DNA of 57,688 bases, taken from contig DVOT01000246.1 in assembly GCA_018713425.1 (NCBI GenBank), positions 1 to 57,688 of the forward strand, written 5' to 3'. The stretch is from Candidatus Ornithocaccomicrobium faecavium. GTDB taxonomy: Bacteria > Bacillota > Clostridia > Christensenellales > Aristaeellaceae. Made by a program: the position numbers and the translations under genes. A model generated the notes under the pieces. The model was not told the origin of the DNA. It searched no databases and saw only the letters and a program-made list of their open reading frames with translations. Below, one piece after another: positions 42,599 through 51,579 of this stretch; position 1 is the stretch's first letter, and every line of letters begins with the position of its first letter.

Positions 42599-43579
42599 TC
42601 AGCCCTCCCCGCAGATGACCACGGTTTCCAGCGCGCGGCGCGCGCCGTCCACCCAAGTGCCCACCATATCCACATACTGCCGCATTTGCGCACGTTCTCC
42701 GCTGCCCATCCGCGCCACGTCCGCGCCGATGTGGGGCAGCACGCCCGCCGCGCCGATGAACGCGCGCACCGCCGCCGCCAGATCGCCGGCCCCGAAGGCC
42801 GTCTCGGTCGTTTCGCCTCGCGCTGCCTGCGCCTTCTGGTTCAAAAGTTCCTGCTGGGCCTGTTGCCGCAGTTCCGCTTGCTGTTCCGCGTAGCTTTCGG
42901 CGTCGGCCAGTTCGGCCTTCAGGCGGTCGATCTCGCCTTGGGCTTCGGCGCTGATCCCGCCGGCGGCGTTCTGTTTGGCCTCGTCCAGTTCATCGCGCAG
43001 CTTTTTGATGGCTCGCGCCCGGCTGTTTTCGAGGCTGCGCGCGCGGTCGTCGGCCTCTTGTAGCTTCTGCCGCAGTTCTTGGGCCTCCCGCATCGCCCGT
43101 TCCGCATCGCGGGAATTGGCGGCCGCGCGGGCGGCGGTCTTTTCGTTGATCTCCGCAAGCTGATCGGCGCGCTGCTTTTCGCGCTTCACGGCCTCTTGGA
43201 GTTCCCGCAGGCTCATGTCGTCGGCGACCGCCTTTTCGGCGATGGGTTCCCGCGCTTCTTCTGGCAAAGCCAGAATCGCCTGTATCTTGCTGATCGGCAG
43301 CTTGGCCATGGCGCTGCCCGGCAAAACGCTGCGCGCCGCCTGCATCAGCTTTTGCGCGCTGCGCTCGCTCATGCCGGTGTTTTTGCGCACCCACGTTTCC
43401 CATTGGCCATGAGGCACCAGCCCGGCTTCCTTGGCCTCGTTCAGGCAACGGCCCACTTCCAGCATGTTTTCATAAGCGCCTTGCATGTGGATGGCGATGC
43501 GGTATTCGATGTTTTCCAGTGCGACCGGCGCTGGCTCGGTCTCTTTGATGCAGGTTACTTTCATTTCGTCTCTAAGCAT
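42599..43579 (-). CDS. DUF3102-like protein with long coiled coil
   Basis: LEVGRCLNEAKEAGLVPHGQWETWVRKNTGMSERSAQKLMQ matches the DUF3102 N-terminal pattern. Start uncertain (43588, 43579 or 43564). Confidence 0.55.
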   Translation of the reverse strand: MLRDEMKVTCIKETEPAPVALENIEYRIAIHMQGAYENMLEVGRCLNEAKEAGLVPHGQWETWVRKNTGMSERSAQKLMQAARSVLPGSAMAKLPISKIQAILALPEEAREPIAEKAVADDMSLRELQEAVKREKQRADQLAEINEKTAARAAANSRDAERAMREAQELRQKLQEADDRARSLENSRARAIKKLRDELDEAKQNAAGGISAEAQGEIDRLKAELADAESYAEQQAELRQQAQQELLNQKAQAARGETTETAFGAGDLAAAVRAFIGAAGVLPHIGADVARMGSGERAQMRQYVDMVGTWVDGARRALETVVICGEG

Positions 43580-43874
43580 TTTCTTCAAGCGCTCCCTTCA
43601 TCGTCCTGTAAATCGTACATTTGCCGTATTGCTGGCAACAAAACCGCCGGTAGTGTTCGTTGCGCGCTTCGCCGCTATGGTAGGCCCTCTTTTTCCCGCC
43701 GCAAACCAAGTAATAGCGACCCCGGTAGCTGCTGCGATGCTCGAAGCACGGGCAGCGCGCGCGCAGGCCGTCGCGCGTGGCCCCTCGCGCGCCCTGCTGG
43801 CAGTTGCATGTCTCCCCGATTTCCAGCGGCCGGCCGCACGCGGCACAAACGCGGTCATAGATTTCATGCCGCAT
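43572..43874 (-). CDS. Cys-rich zinc-ribbon-like small protein
   Basis: GGGAGGGG then ATG 43874. Paired CxxC / CxC motifs. Confidence 0.5.
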   Translation of the reverse strand: MRHEIYDRVCAACGRPLEIGETCNCQQGARGATRDGLRARCPCFEHRSSYRGRYYLVCGGKKRAYHSGEARNEHYRRFCCQQYGKCTIYRTMKGALEENA

Positions 43875-43892
43875 CTCTTCACCCCTCCCTTG

Positions 43893-43918
43893 CAAAAGCG
43901 TCTGCGCAGACGCTTTTG
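43893..43918. repeat. palindrome caaaagcgtctgcgcagacgcttttg, copy D
   Basis: Identical 26-mer lying directly between a stop codon (43919) and the next RBS. Confidence 0.9.
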
Positions 43919-44089
43919 CTATTCGCAGTCCATGATCGCGTCGTACAGGTCTTGTGTTCGCTCGCCGGCGTCAAGCCGCTGCTTCAGCGGCAGCAACGTC
44001 AGATGCAGCCCAAAGCTGCCCGCCCACCCAAGGGACACATAAGCGGCGATCAATTCGTTCAGCCATGCTTCTGCGCGCGCCCAGTCCAT
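43919..44089 (-). CDS. small phage protein (56 aa), unannotated in the ORF track
   Basis: GGAAGGGAGG then ATG 44089. Sequence MDWARAEAWLNELIAAYVSLGW... Confidence 0.45.
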   Translation of the reverse strand: MDWARAEAWLNELIAAYVSLGWAGSFGLHLTLLPLKQRLDAGERTQDLYDAIMDCE

Positions 44090-44106
44090 GCGTCTTTCCT
44101 CCCTTC

Positions 44107-46851
44107 CTAAAATGGCAGTTCTTCGTCTTCCACTTCGACAAAGCCGTCCGTGCCCGGCATACCGTCCAGCGGCATTCGCTGTTGTTCCACGGCCGTTCTA
44201 GGCCCGTCGATGTGGATGCGCGGCACCCACAAGAGCCGCTGGCATTTTCCGTCGATCCACTTAGGGCGCGTCGCGCTTGTGCTGGTCGTCGTTTCGGCGG
44301 TCAGCACGCCGTCTTCGCGCATCTGCTTGTACAGCATCTTTGCCGTCAGCGGAAACGCCTGCCCTTGATCGTTGCACAACTTGGCCACCACGCGATAGGC
44401 CACCTGCGGCATCAGATAGTAAAAGTCCGCATCCATATAGCCGATCATTTCGCGTCCGCCGCCACCGCCGCCCCCGCCTTCGCCTGCCGGCGAAGTCAGA
44501 TCGCGCACGCTTGCGCTTTTGCTGGTCAAAAGTTCCGATATGGTGCCCAGAAAGATTTTGCTGGGCCGGTCTTCCTTCATGTCGTCCGATTGCCGCTTGC
44601 TGTTCTGCGTGGCGATCTCCCACGCCTCGCCCAGCATTTCCACGGCCTGTTCGGTTGTGATCGCCTTCACGTCGCGCATGTAGCGCAGCATGCACTGATA
44701 GCCCACCATCATGTGCGCAATGGCTTCGGCGGTGCGCCCGTGCTGGCCCGCCGTCTGCTTCAGCGCCATGGCCCGGTTTTGTACAAAGGCTTCGTGCAGC
44801 ATCTCCGGCAGTTCGTCCACCTGCTTCAGCAGCCATTTGATATAGCCGCGCATGGATTTTTGCAAGTACCCCTGCCGCGCAAGTTCCTGCATCGCCGTCA
44901 AGCTGTCGTTCACGGGAATGTCGTCCTTTCGCACGCTGGTGATATAAAAGCGCGCCATGCCGCTTTCGCCCACGCCCGGCGTGTCCTCGCCGCTGATGAT
45001 CGCCACGCCGCGGGGCGGCATGGCCTCTTGCAGCGTCAGATCGCTTTTCATGCGCCCGCGCTCTGCGCCGTCTCCGAAGGCGCGTGCAAGGCTCTGCGCG
45101 GTCGCCTCCATCTTCTTGCGCTCTTGCAGGCTGGTCACTGGATGATAGTCGTCCACGACGATGGGCATGTCTTTGAGCAAAAACGCCTTCTTGCGGATGA
45201 AGTTTGCCGTGTCGTTGAAGGACGCCGGCAGGCTCTTGCCGGTGAAATTGCCAAAGTGCGAAAGGGCCAGCGCAAGGGCCGTACTCTTGCGCGTGCCAGT
45301 GCCGCCCAGCACGAACAGCGCATAGGCCGGGGCCGCGCCCGTGGCCGCCAGAAACTCGCGCAGCGGGGCCAGAAAAATGGTGCCCAGCAGGGGGACGGCG
45401 ATGTGGTCGGCCATGCACGCCTTCATGGTCAGCGTCGCCAGCGCGCCGTCCATATAGCTGATGTCGTCAAACCCTGCCGCGCCGCTGCCGTCCAGACGGT
45501 AGGCAGACAGGCCGCTGCCCAAGTCCACGGTCACGCCATCCGCGCCGATCGCGCCGCCCTGATACAGATACGCCCACTTTCCGCCGATCTTCCGCCACCC
45601 CGTGTGCGTGTACTCCGTGATGCGCCTCACGGTCATACGGCCCACTTCGTTTATTGCGTAGCGCACTTTGTCCTTCGTCGTGTTCCCCGGCATCACGCTG
45701 GCCGCGAAGTCCCAGTTTTCCGCCACCCAGTTCATGCCGTTAAATTGGCTGGCCTTGATGTGTACGCGCGGCAGCGGCGCGCCGGTCACGCTCCATCCGT
45801 CGATGACCATTTCCTTGCTTTTGTTCACGCCGTCGTCGCGTTCCACCACGGCCACGGGCAGCGCCACGAAGTTGGCCAGCGGCTTCGGCCCGTCCTGCGT
45901 CGCTTGGCAGATGCGCCCGCCGTCCACGCAGTAGCCCAGTATGCGCCCATAGTATTCGGCGGCCGCGTCCCGCTGCATGGCGGCGCTGGCGGCGTAGGGT
46001 TCCGCTTCCCGCATCAGGCGTTCCAACGCAGCCTTGCCCGTCTCTGCACCCATCAGCTTGAAAAAATCCGTGGCGTCGCCCTTCGGCGGCAGCTTTTCGC
46101 ACGCCTTCGTCAGGTCGAGGATGCGCACGCTCTTGGCGACCTTGGACGCAGCCTGCGCGACGGCCTGCGCGTGCGTGCGGCCCACGTCGTCGTTGTCGGG
46201 GATGACATACAAATCTGCGCCTTTCAGACTTTCCGTGTAGTGCCCGGAATGCCATTTGCCCGCGCCCATGGGGTTCGTCGTAGCTGTGTAGCCGATGGCG
46301 GCCATGTTGTCGCAGTCCTTCTCGCCTTCGCACACGAACACGGGTTTGCCTGCTTGGATCGCCGCGCACACTTCCGGCAGGCGGTAGAGTACCAGCCGCA
46401 CGCCTTCCTTCGTGTACTTGTACTCGCCCGGCTTGTCTGGGTCAGGCTGACGAAGACTGAACGTCTTGCCGCCGTCCTCCCGCTCGTACCGGCAGGCTTC
46501 AAACAGCAGCTTGCCGTTTTCGTCCCGGTACGGATAGGCGCAGACGAATTTGCCGCGGGACTTCCGTTCGCTTTTCGCGCTCCCGGCGGGCTTGGGCGGC
46601 GTGGGCTTAGGCGCTGACCGGCGCGGCTGGGCCGGGTCGCGGAACAGATCGCGCATGCTAAGGCCCATAGCTGCCACGACGGAATTGGTGACGCATCCGG
46701 CCTGACACTTCAGCACGATCCCGCGCTCGCCTTCCCGCACGCACAGGCTGGCGGTCTTGTCGTCGTGCGCCGGGCAGCGGCACATGTATTCGCCGCTGGC
46801 GTTCGGCCCGCTGTCTACGTGCAGGCGGGACAGAAATTCATGTAGTTCCAC
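44107..46851 (-). CDS. bifunctional DNA primase/helicase
   Basis: AGGAGG then GTG 46851. CHC2-type CRCPAHDDKTAS, Toprim motifs VCEGEKD and DNDDVGR, Walker A GGTGTRKST. Confidence 0.85.
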   Translation of the reverse strand: MELHEFLSRLHVDSGPNASGEYMCRCPAHDDKTASLCVREGERGIVLKCQAGCVTNSVVAAMGLSMRDLFRDPAQPRRSAPKPTPPKPAGSAKSERKSRGKFVCAYPYRDENGKLLFEACRYEREDGGKTFSLRQPDPDKPGEYKYTKEGVRLVLYRLPEVCAAIQAGKPVFVCEGEKDCDNMAAIGYTATTNPMGAGKWHSGHYTESLKGADLYVIPDNDDVGRTHAQAVAQAASKVAKSVRILDLTKACEKLPPKGDATDFFKLMGAETGKAALERLMREAEPYAASAAMQRDAAAEYYGRILGYCVDGGRICQATQDGPKPLANFVALPVAVVERDDGVNKSKEMVIDGWSVTGAPLPRVHIKASQFNGMNWVAENWDFAASVMPGNTTKDKVRYAINEVGRMTVRRITEYTHTGWRKIGGKWAYLYQGGAIGADGVTVDLGSGLSAYRLDGSGAAGFDDISYMDGALATLTMKACMADHIAVPLLGTIFLAPLREFLAATGAAPAYALFVLGGTGTRKSTALALALSHFGNFTGKSLPASFNDTANFIRKKAFLLKDMPIVVDDYHPVTSLQERKKMEATAQSLARAFGDGAERGRMKSDLTLQEAMPPRGVAIISGEDTPGVGESGMARFYITSVRKDDIPVNDSLTAMQELARQGYLQKSMRGYIKWLLKQVDELPEMLHEAFVQNRAMALKQTAGQHGRTAEAIAHMMVGYQCMLRYMRDVKAITTEQAVEMLGEAWEIATQNSKRQSDDMKEDRPSKIFLGTISELLTSKSASVRDLTSPAGEGGGGGGGGREMIGYMDADFYYLMPQVAYRVVAKLCNDQGQAFPLTAKMLYKQMREDGVLTAETTTSTSATRPKWIDGKCQRLLWVPRIHIDGPRTAVEQQRMPLDGMPGTDGFVEVEDEELPF

Positions 46852-46862
46852 GCGCCTGCCTC

Positions 46863-47198
46863 CTATTCGCCGTCCGTTGTTTTCTTCATGCGCCGCAGGA
46901 TCGCGGCGCGCACGTCGTCCAGATCGAAATAATAGCGCTGTCCCACTTTGCTGTATGGAATCCATCCCTCACGGACGCCCCGCCGGATCGCCGAAGCGGT
47001 CAGCCCGGTTTCCGCGCTCACCGCGTCGATCATAACGCCATCCGGCTTCGATAACACGTCGCGCGCTTCGTCGATGTCCACCAGCATTCGATTGCCCAGC
47101 AACATGACGGATAGCTCGCCGCATCGCACGGCGCGGCGGATGATGGATTCCTTGATGTCCAGTACCGCCGCCGCTTCTCGGATGGTCTTCAGGTTCAC
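46863..47198 (-). CDS. tandem excisionase-type (MerR-like) HTH protein
   Basis: Two copies of the pattern (TIREAAAVLDIKESIIRRAVRCGEL and AVSAETGLTASAIRRGVREGWIPY). Confidence 0.55.
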   Translation of the reverse strand: MNLKTIREAAAVLDIKESIIRRAVRCGELSVMLLGNRMLVDIDEARDVLSKPDGVMIDAVSAETGLTASAIRRGVREGWIPYSKVGQRYYFDLDDVRAAILRRMKKTTDGE

Positions 47199-47201
47199 GG
47201 G

Positions 47202-47513
47202 TCAGCCCCCCAGTTCTGCCTTTACCAGTCGCAGATTTTCCTTGCAGTATCGGATTGCCTTGTTATAGGGCATAGTGCCGACGCATTCGTCGCGCCCGTT
47301 GATTGTCTTGCACACGATCGCTTTGCGCAGCTTTGCGTCAAACTCTATGTATGCCATGCTGGGCAAAGGCGGATTGGCGTAATTCGCACTGCGCAATACG
47401 GCCTGCGCCCGCCATGCGCGCGCCAGATAATCCATGCGCGGATTTCCGGCTGGATGCAGTGCGTACAGTGCGCGCAGCTGATCCGGCGTGTCGATCTGGT
47501 ACCGCTTAATCAT
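47202..47513 (-). CDS. hypothetical early protein
   Basis: 103-aa ORF whose start overlaps the stop region of the upstream gene. Confidence 0.45.
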   Translation of the reverse strand: MIKRYQIDTPDQLRALYALHPAGNPRMDYLARAWRAQAVLRSANYANPPLPSMAYIEFDAKLRKAIVCKTINGRDECVGTMPYNKAIRYCKENLRLVKAELGG

Positions 47514-47997
47514 GGGGCTTCCTCCCTTCGCGCGTCTGTCCCACGGCCTTGTCGATGGCGGCTATCGTCTCTTCCATCACGCGCCGCAGTTCGACGGCCT
47601 TGGCGCGGATCGCCGCGGCGGCGGGCAGTTCGTCGTCGGTTATGTGCCCGTCGCGCGCCACCGCCGCGAAGCGCAGCGCGATTTCCTGCGCGCTCTGGAA
47701 GGCCACGGCCCAGCCCAGGGCCGCCCGCGCCAGCTCGCTGTTTTCCGCGCAGCCGTAGTCCGGCAGCAGCGGGCAGTGCGCGCGGATGTGCGCCGCCTTC
47801 AGGTCGGGGTCGCCGTAGGCTTCCACCATTTTCTGCACCGCGTCACATGGCGGGATCGTGCGCCCGGTTTCGTAGTCGGCCAGCGCTTCGCAGCTTACGA
47901 AGATTTCGCTTGCCGTCCGTTCCCGGCTGGCGAACAGCGAATCGCGCTGCGCCGCCTGCATCCGGGCGCGGTAGTAGATGTTCGTCGGGGCCTTCAT
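47506..47997 (-). CDS. XRE-like HTH early regulator
   Basis: SEIFVSCEALADYETGRTIP is HTH-like. ATGA overlap with the upstream gene. Confidence 0.5.
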   Translation of the reverse strand: MKAPTNIYYRARMQAAQRDSLFASRERTASEIFVSCEALADYETGRTIPPCDAVQKMVEAYGDPDLKAAHIRAHCPLLPDYGCAENSELARAALGWAVAFQSAQEIALRFAAVARDGHITDDELPAAAAIRAKAVELRRVMEETIAAIDKAVGQTREGRKPHD

Positions 47998-48233
47998 GCT
48001 TTGGTCTCCCTTCGATGCGGGCGCGTCACGATCTCAACCGTGCTGCCGTTTTCAAGGCCCATAAGTTCCGGAACCTTCCGCACGGTTACATAGACCGGCG
48101 CTTTGAAATTTCCCATAATATCACCGATGACATTTGCCTTGCATGTATATGCGACAAGGCCGCTGTAAGCATGCTTGTCGGCAGTGTCGTAAAATGCGTA
48201 GAAATATACATTTAATCCTTCCTGCTTGTTCAT
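47994..48233 (-). CDS. hypothetical early protein
   Basis: AGGAGG then ATG 48233. Confidence 0.45.
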   Translation of the reverse strand: MNKQEGLNVYFYAFYDTADKHAYSGLVAYTCKANVIGDIMGNFKAPVYVTVRKVPELMGLENGSTVEIVTRPHRRETKA

Positions 48234-48246
48234 GAAAATCTGCCTC

Positions 48247-48525
48247 CTATCGTTTTGCAATGCGGCGCTTCACTCGGTTGTAGTATTTCTTGCGGACGCG
48301 CAGCTTCTTGGCGCGCGTCATGCAGTGCAGTTCTCTTCGGTTTGCGGCAGCATAGACGCGCGCCGCTTCGGCTGCTTCGATGGCCTGGATGGCGTCCAGC
48401 GCCGGGCCGATCACCTGGGAAAAGGCGTCGGCGATCAGGCCCATCGCTTCGCCTATGGCGTCGAAGAAGTTTGAAACGGCCTCCTGCATCTCCCGGAGTG
48501 CGTTTGTCCAGGCGGTTTCTTCCAT
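48247..48525 (-). CDS. hypothetical first gene of the early (lytic) operon
   Basis: AAGGAGGTGGAGG then ATG 48525. Basic C-terminal tail. Confidence 0.45.
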   Translation of the reverse strand: MEETAWTNALREMQEAVSNFFDAIGEAMGLIADAFSQVIGPALDAIQAIEAAEAARVYAAANRRELHCMTRAKKLRVRKKYYNRVKRRIAKR

Positions 48526-48759
48526 GTCCTCCACCTCCTTTTCATGCCATTGTTGGCGGTTTTCCTGTCGCCTTTCGGTCTTGCAAGACATTGCATTATC
48601 GTGCAGCGCCGTGCAATAATGTATTGTGTACTTGACATTATACGCTTTTTTTTTTTTTGTAAAGACAGAAATTCAATAATGTCCGACATTCGCACAAATT
48701 TAACCGTGCGAAACAAAGCTGTGATAGAATGTCGGAAAGATGAAAAGGGGAGGACGATA

Positions 48760-49272
48760 ATGCCATACAAGAATCGCTTGCGCGCGCTGCGCGAAGAAAA
48801 GGACTTGAAGCAGACGACCGTCGCCGAAGACCTTGGATTGTCGCGCACCACACTGTCCAATTATGAAGCGGGCATGCGGCCGTCGATTGAAAACGCCATT
48901 GCGCTGGCCCAGTATTATCATGTTTCGCTGGACTATATCGTCGGCCTGTCTGCTGAAAGAAATTCTACGGTTGGAGAGTTGACAACGTCGTTTGCGGCGC
49001 TGTCCGGGCTGGCGGTAGATGCTGCGCCCACTGCCAGCGACGTGGCGGCGCTGGTGGACGCTGCGATTCTCTATCAATGCAGCGGCGCGCCATGCGGGGA
49101 ACAGCCGATCAGCGCGTGGCGCGATTTCATGCGCCAGCTGACGGTTTGCCTGAATGCGGCCGCCAAGGGCGATGACGCCGCCTTGATTGATAGCGCAAAC
49201 GCGGCCACAGTGGCCGCGCTGGAAGTCGCAAAAATGCCCGCGCTGTACTACAAAAAGAAGGGGGAATCTTGA
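48760..49272 (+). CDS. CI-like XRE-family repressor
   Basis: AAGGGGAGG then ATG 48760. LRALREEKDLKQTTVAEDLGLSRTTLSNYEAG is an HTH. Divergent from the early operon. Confidence 0.8.
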   Translation: MPYKNRLRALREEKDLKQTTVAEDLGLSRTTLSNYEAGMRPSIENAIALAQYYHVSLDYIVGLSAERNSTVGELTTSFAALSGLAVDAAPTASDVAALVDAAILYQCSGAPCGEQPISAWRDFMRQLTVCLNAAAKGDDAALIDSANAATVAALEVAKMPALYYKKKGES

Positions 49273-49273
49273 C

Positions 49274-50005
49274 ATGAAGAAGCTGCTTGCTCTGTGCCTT
49301 GCTCTGCTGTCCCTCGTTTCTGCTGCCGCTTCGGCAGAAGTGCTTGCCGATGGCTGGCAGGATGCCGGACTGGAAGCATTGCAGCAGGCCCAGCAGGACA
49401 TCGCAAACCGAATCAGCGAATTGCGCGCGGCCTCCGCGCCGGCTGCGGATCGCGTCGAGTTGTCCGGCTCGGGAACGTCCATTCTGACCGACGTTGCGAT
49501 TGATTTTTCGCCAGCCCGTGTTATAATTGAATGCGAAGGGGAGACCAGCGTCGCTTTCACGGGCGGGGATTACGATTACACCTTCAGCGCGTCAAGCTAC
49601 GAACAGGCTTTCTTCGATCAAACGGGCGCCTTCGACCTGCTCATTGAATCGACCGGGCCGTGGGCTGTGACCGTAGAACCGATTGCAGACGGCGGCGCGC
49701 TGCCCATGGAAGGCGCCGGCCCCTTTGTTTCAGACTTCTTCGAGCTTCCCGCGCCGATGATCGTGACGATCACTTCGGATGTCGAAGGAATGGACGCCCT
49801 GCTGACAAACCTCATTGTCGCGCTGTGCCATCAGTATGAGAACATCGAAAGCTGGCAGCAGGAATCGCTTACAAATGAATTGTTGTCGGGCGGAGACACT
49901 TTCAGCGCGGACGTGATCTTGCAGCCGGTGGACGGACGCACGCAGTATTGCTTGTCCGTCAAATGCGAACCCGGCGTCGCATGGTCGATAACGCCAAAGG
50001 GCTGA
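49274..50005 (+). CDS. secreted protein co-transcribed with the repressor
   Basis: Signal peptide MKKLLALCLALLSLVSAAASA|EV. Starts 2 nt after the repressor stop. Confidence 0.6.
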   Translation: MKKLLALCLALLSLVSAAASAEVLADGWQDAGLEALQQAQQDIANRISELRAASAPAADRVELSGSGTSILTDVAIDFSPARVIIECEGETSVAFTGGDYDYTFSASSYEQAFFDQTGAFDLLIESTGPWAVTVEPIADGGALPMEGAGPFVSDFFELPAPMIVTITSDVEGMDALLTNLIVALCHQYENIESWQQESLTNELLSGGDTFSADVILQPVDGRTQYCLSVKCEPGVAWSITPKG

Positions 50006-50180
50006 CCTTACACTTTTTTGGGGTTGCCGTTTACAGATGACGGCCCCCGATTACGCATGGACTGTAACGCCGAAAAGCCTTGTGCCACAAGGCTTTTCGC
50101 GCGTTTTTGGGCGCACTTACAGTTTTACAGCAAAAAATACACATACCCCCACCATGGAATACTTTTCGGAGGTGCGACGC

Positions 50181-51449
50181 ATGGGAACGATTGAAAAGCG
50201 CGGTAAAAATTCGTGGCGCGTCGGCGTGCAGGTGCAGACGGAACGCGGTTGGGAATGGGTGCGCAGAACGATCAAGATGCCGCAAGGAATGAGCGAAGCG
50301 CGCCAGCACAAGGAAGCAGAAAAAGCGCTTGCGCGGCTGATCCTGTCGTTGGACGATGAAGAGTTCGAGCCGCCGCGGCCGCGCTACACGCTGCGCGCCT
50401 TTGCAGAATTGTGGATGGAACAGCACGTCGTCCCGAATCTGGCGGCGGCCACGCAGAAAAACTATCGCCATTTTCTTGACGCGCGAATCCTGCCGGCGCT
50501 GGGCGACATACTGCTGGAAGACCTGACGCCCCTGCGCCTCACGCAGTGGTTGAACGATGTGCGCCGTAGCCCGCGGCGTTCCACGGCCCTGCCGGAAGAC
50601 CAGCTGAAGACGCCGCGCCGCCCCAGCGAAGAAGAGCGCATGGCCAAGGCGAAGCCTGCGGACATGCAGCTGTCTGCGCGCACGGTGCAGCACTACTACG
50701 ATACGCTGGAAGCGATGCTGGAAAAGGCCGTGCAGTGGGACTTGCTGAAGAAAAACCCCATGGACAAAGTGGATCGGCCGATCGCGCGCAAGAAAAAGGT
50801 CAATTATCTCACGGAAGAGCGCGCGGTCGAGTTGCTGCGCTGCCTGCACGATGAGCCGAATATGTGCTATCGCGCCGCCCTGCTGCTGGCGCTGCTCTGC
50901 GGCCTGCGTCTGGGCGAAGTGGGCGCGCTGCGCCTGTCCGATGTGGACTGGGTGCATGGTACCATCGACATAAGCCACGCCCTGAAGTACACGCCGCAGG
51001 CGGGCAGCTTCGAGGGCGCGCCGAAGTCGGAAGCCGGCGAACGCCTGATCTCGCTGCCGGCCAGCATGATGGCCGTACTCCATGAAACGCGCGAATACCA
51101 GCGCGACGCTAAGGCATGGGCCGGCGACGTGTGGGTGGGGGAAGGCTGGATCGTCCACGCTTGGAACGGCGCGCATCTCCACCACGACACGCCCAGCAAG
51201 TGGTTTCGCCGCTTCGCCGATGCTCACGGTTTTGAAGGCGTGCGCTTTCACGACCTGCGGCACACACACGCCACGATCCTGCTGGCAAACAACATAGACG
51301 CCGTGGCCGTGGCTACACGCTTGGGCCACAGCGATGCCACCGTCACGTTGCAGACCTACGCCCACGCGCTGCGCCGCCGCGACGAAGACGCCGCCCGCGC
51401 GATACAAGCCCTTCTTGACAGCGCAGGCAATCCCGAAGGCAAAAACTAA
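50181..51449 (+). CDS. int: tyrosine site-specific integrase
   Basis: GGAGGTG then ATG 50181. RFHDLRHTHAT and LGHSDATVTLQTYAH catalytic motifs. Confidence 0.9.
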   Translation: MGTIEKRGKNSWRVGVQVQTERGWEWVRRTIKMPQGMSEARQHKEAEKALARLILSLDDEEFEPPRPRYTLRAFAELWMEQHVVPNLAAATQKNYRHFLDARILPALGDILLEDLTPLRLTQWLNDVRRSPRRSTALPEDQLKTPRRPSEEERMAKAKPADMQLSARTVQHYYDTLEAMLEKAVQWDLLKKNPMDKVDRPIARKKKVNYLTEERAVELLRCLHDEPNMCYRAALLLALLCGLRLGEVGALRLSDVDWVHGTIDISHALKYTPQAGSFEGAPKSEAGERLISLPASMMAVLHETREYQRDAKAWAGDVWVGEGWIVHAWNGAHLHHDTPSKWFRRFADAHGFEGVRFHDLRHTHATILLANNIDAVAVATRLGHSDATVTLQTYAHALRRRDEDAARAIQALLDSAGNPEGKN

Positions 51450-51478
51450 GGGCGCAAACGCGCCCTCAAAGCCATTCC

Positions 51479-51500
51479 TTCCCCCAATTTTCCCCCAATT
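51479..51500. repeat. tandem TTCCCCCAATT motifs, candidate arm-type integrase sites (right arm)
   Basis: 11-mers at 51479-51489 and 51490-51500. A third copy lies at 15486-15496. Confidence 0.35.
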
Positions 51501-51544
51501 TTCAATCCGTGCTCGGCAAACCCGGAAAAGCCGTGCAAACAGCA

Positions 51545-51579
51545 CAAAAAAGTGCAAGGTTTTCAGAAAACCTTGCACT
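51545..51579 (-). terminator. phage-supplied terminator for the reconstituted tRNA operon
   Basis: 13-bp stem agtgcaaggtttt / aaaaccttgcact with a 3-nt loop, followed by a T-run on the minus strand. Confidence 0.55.

Noticed and set aside
26974-43918. The four identical palindromes as CRISPR repeats or IS ends
   Set aside because: The copies are 2.6-11 kb apart and each lies between phage genes. No transposase or cas gene is associated, and there are no target-site duplications.
43954-46617. 887-aa plus-strand ORF opposite the primase/helicase
   Set aside because: The minus-strand frame carries clear zinc-finger, Toprim and Walker A motifs. The plus-strand ORF is an Arg/His/Ala-rich shadow.
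10569-51449. Two recombinases (serine at 10.6-12.1 kb, tyrosine at 50.2-51.4 kb) as evidence for one large composite prophage
   Set aside because: The 53-bp att repeats bound only 15312-51630. Host genes (birA, GNAT and a hypothetical) separate the serine recombinase island from the prophage.
50031-51578. 515-aa minus-strand ORF overlapping the integrase
   Set aside because: The plus-strand frame has the tyrosine-recombinase catalytic motifs. The antisense ORF has no motifs and no SD.
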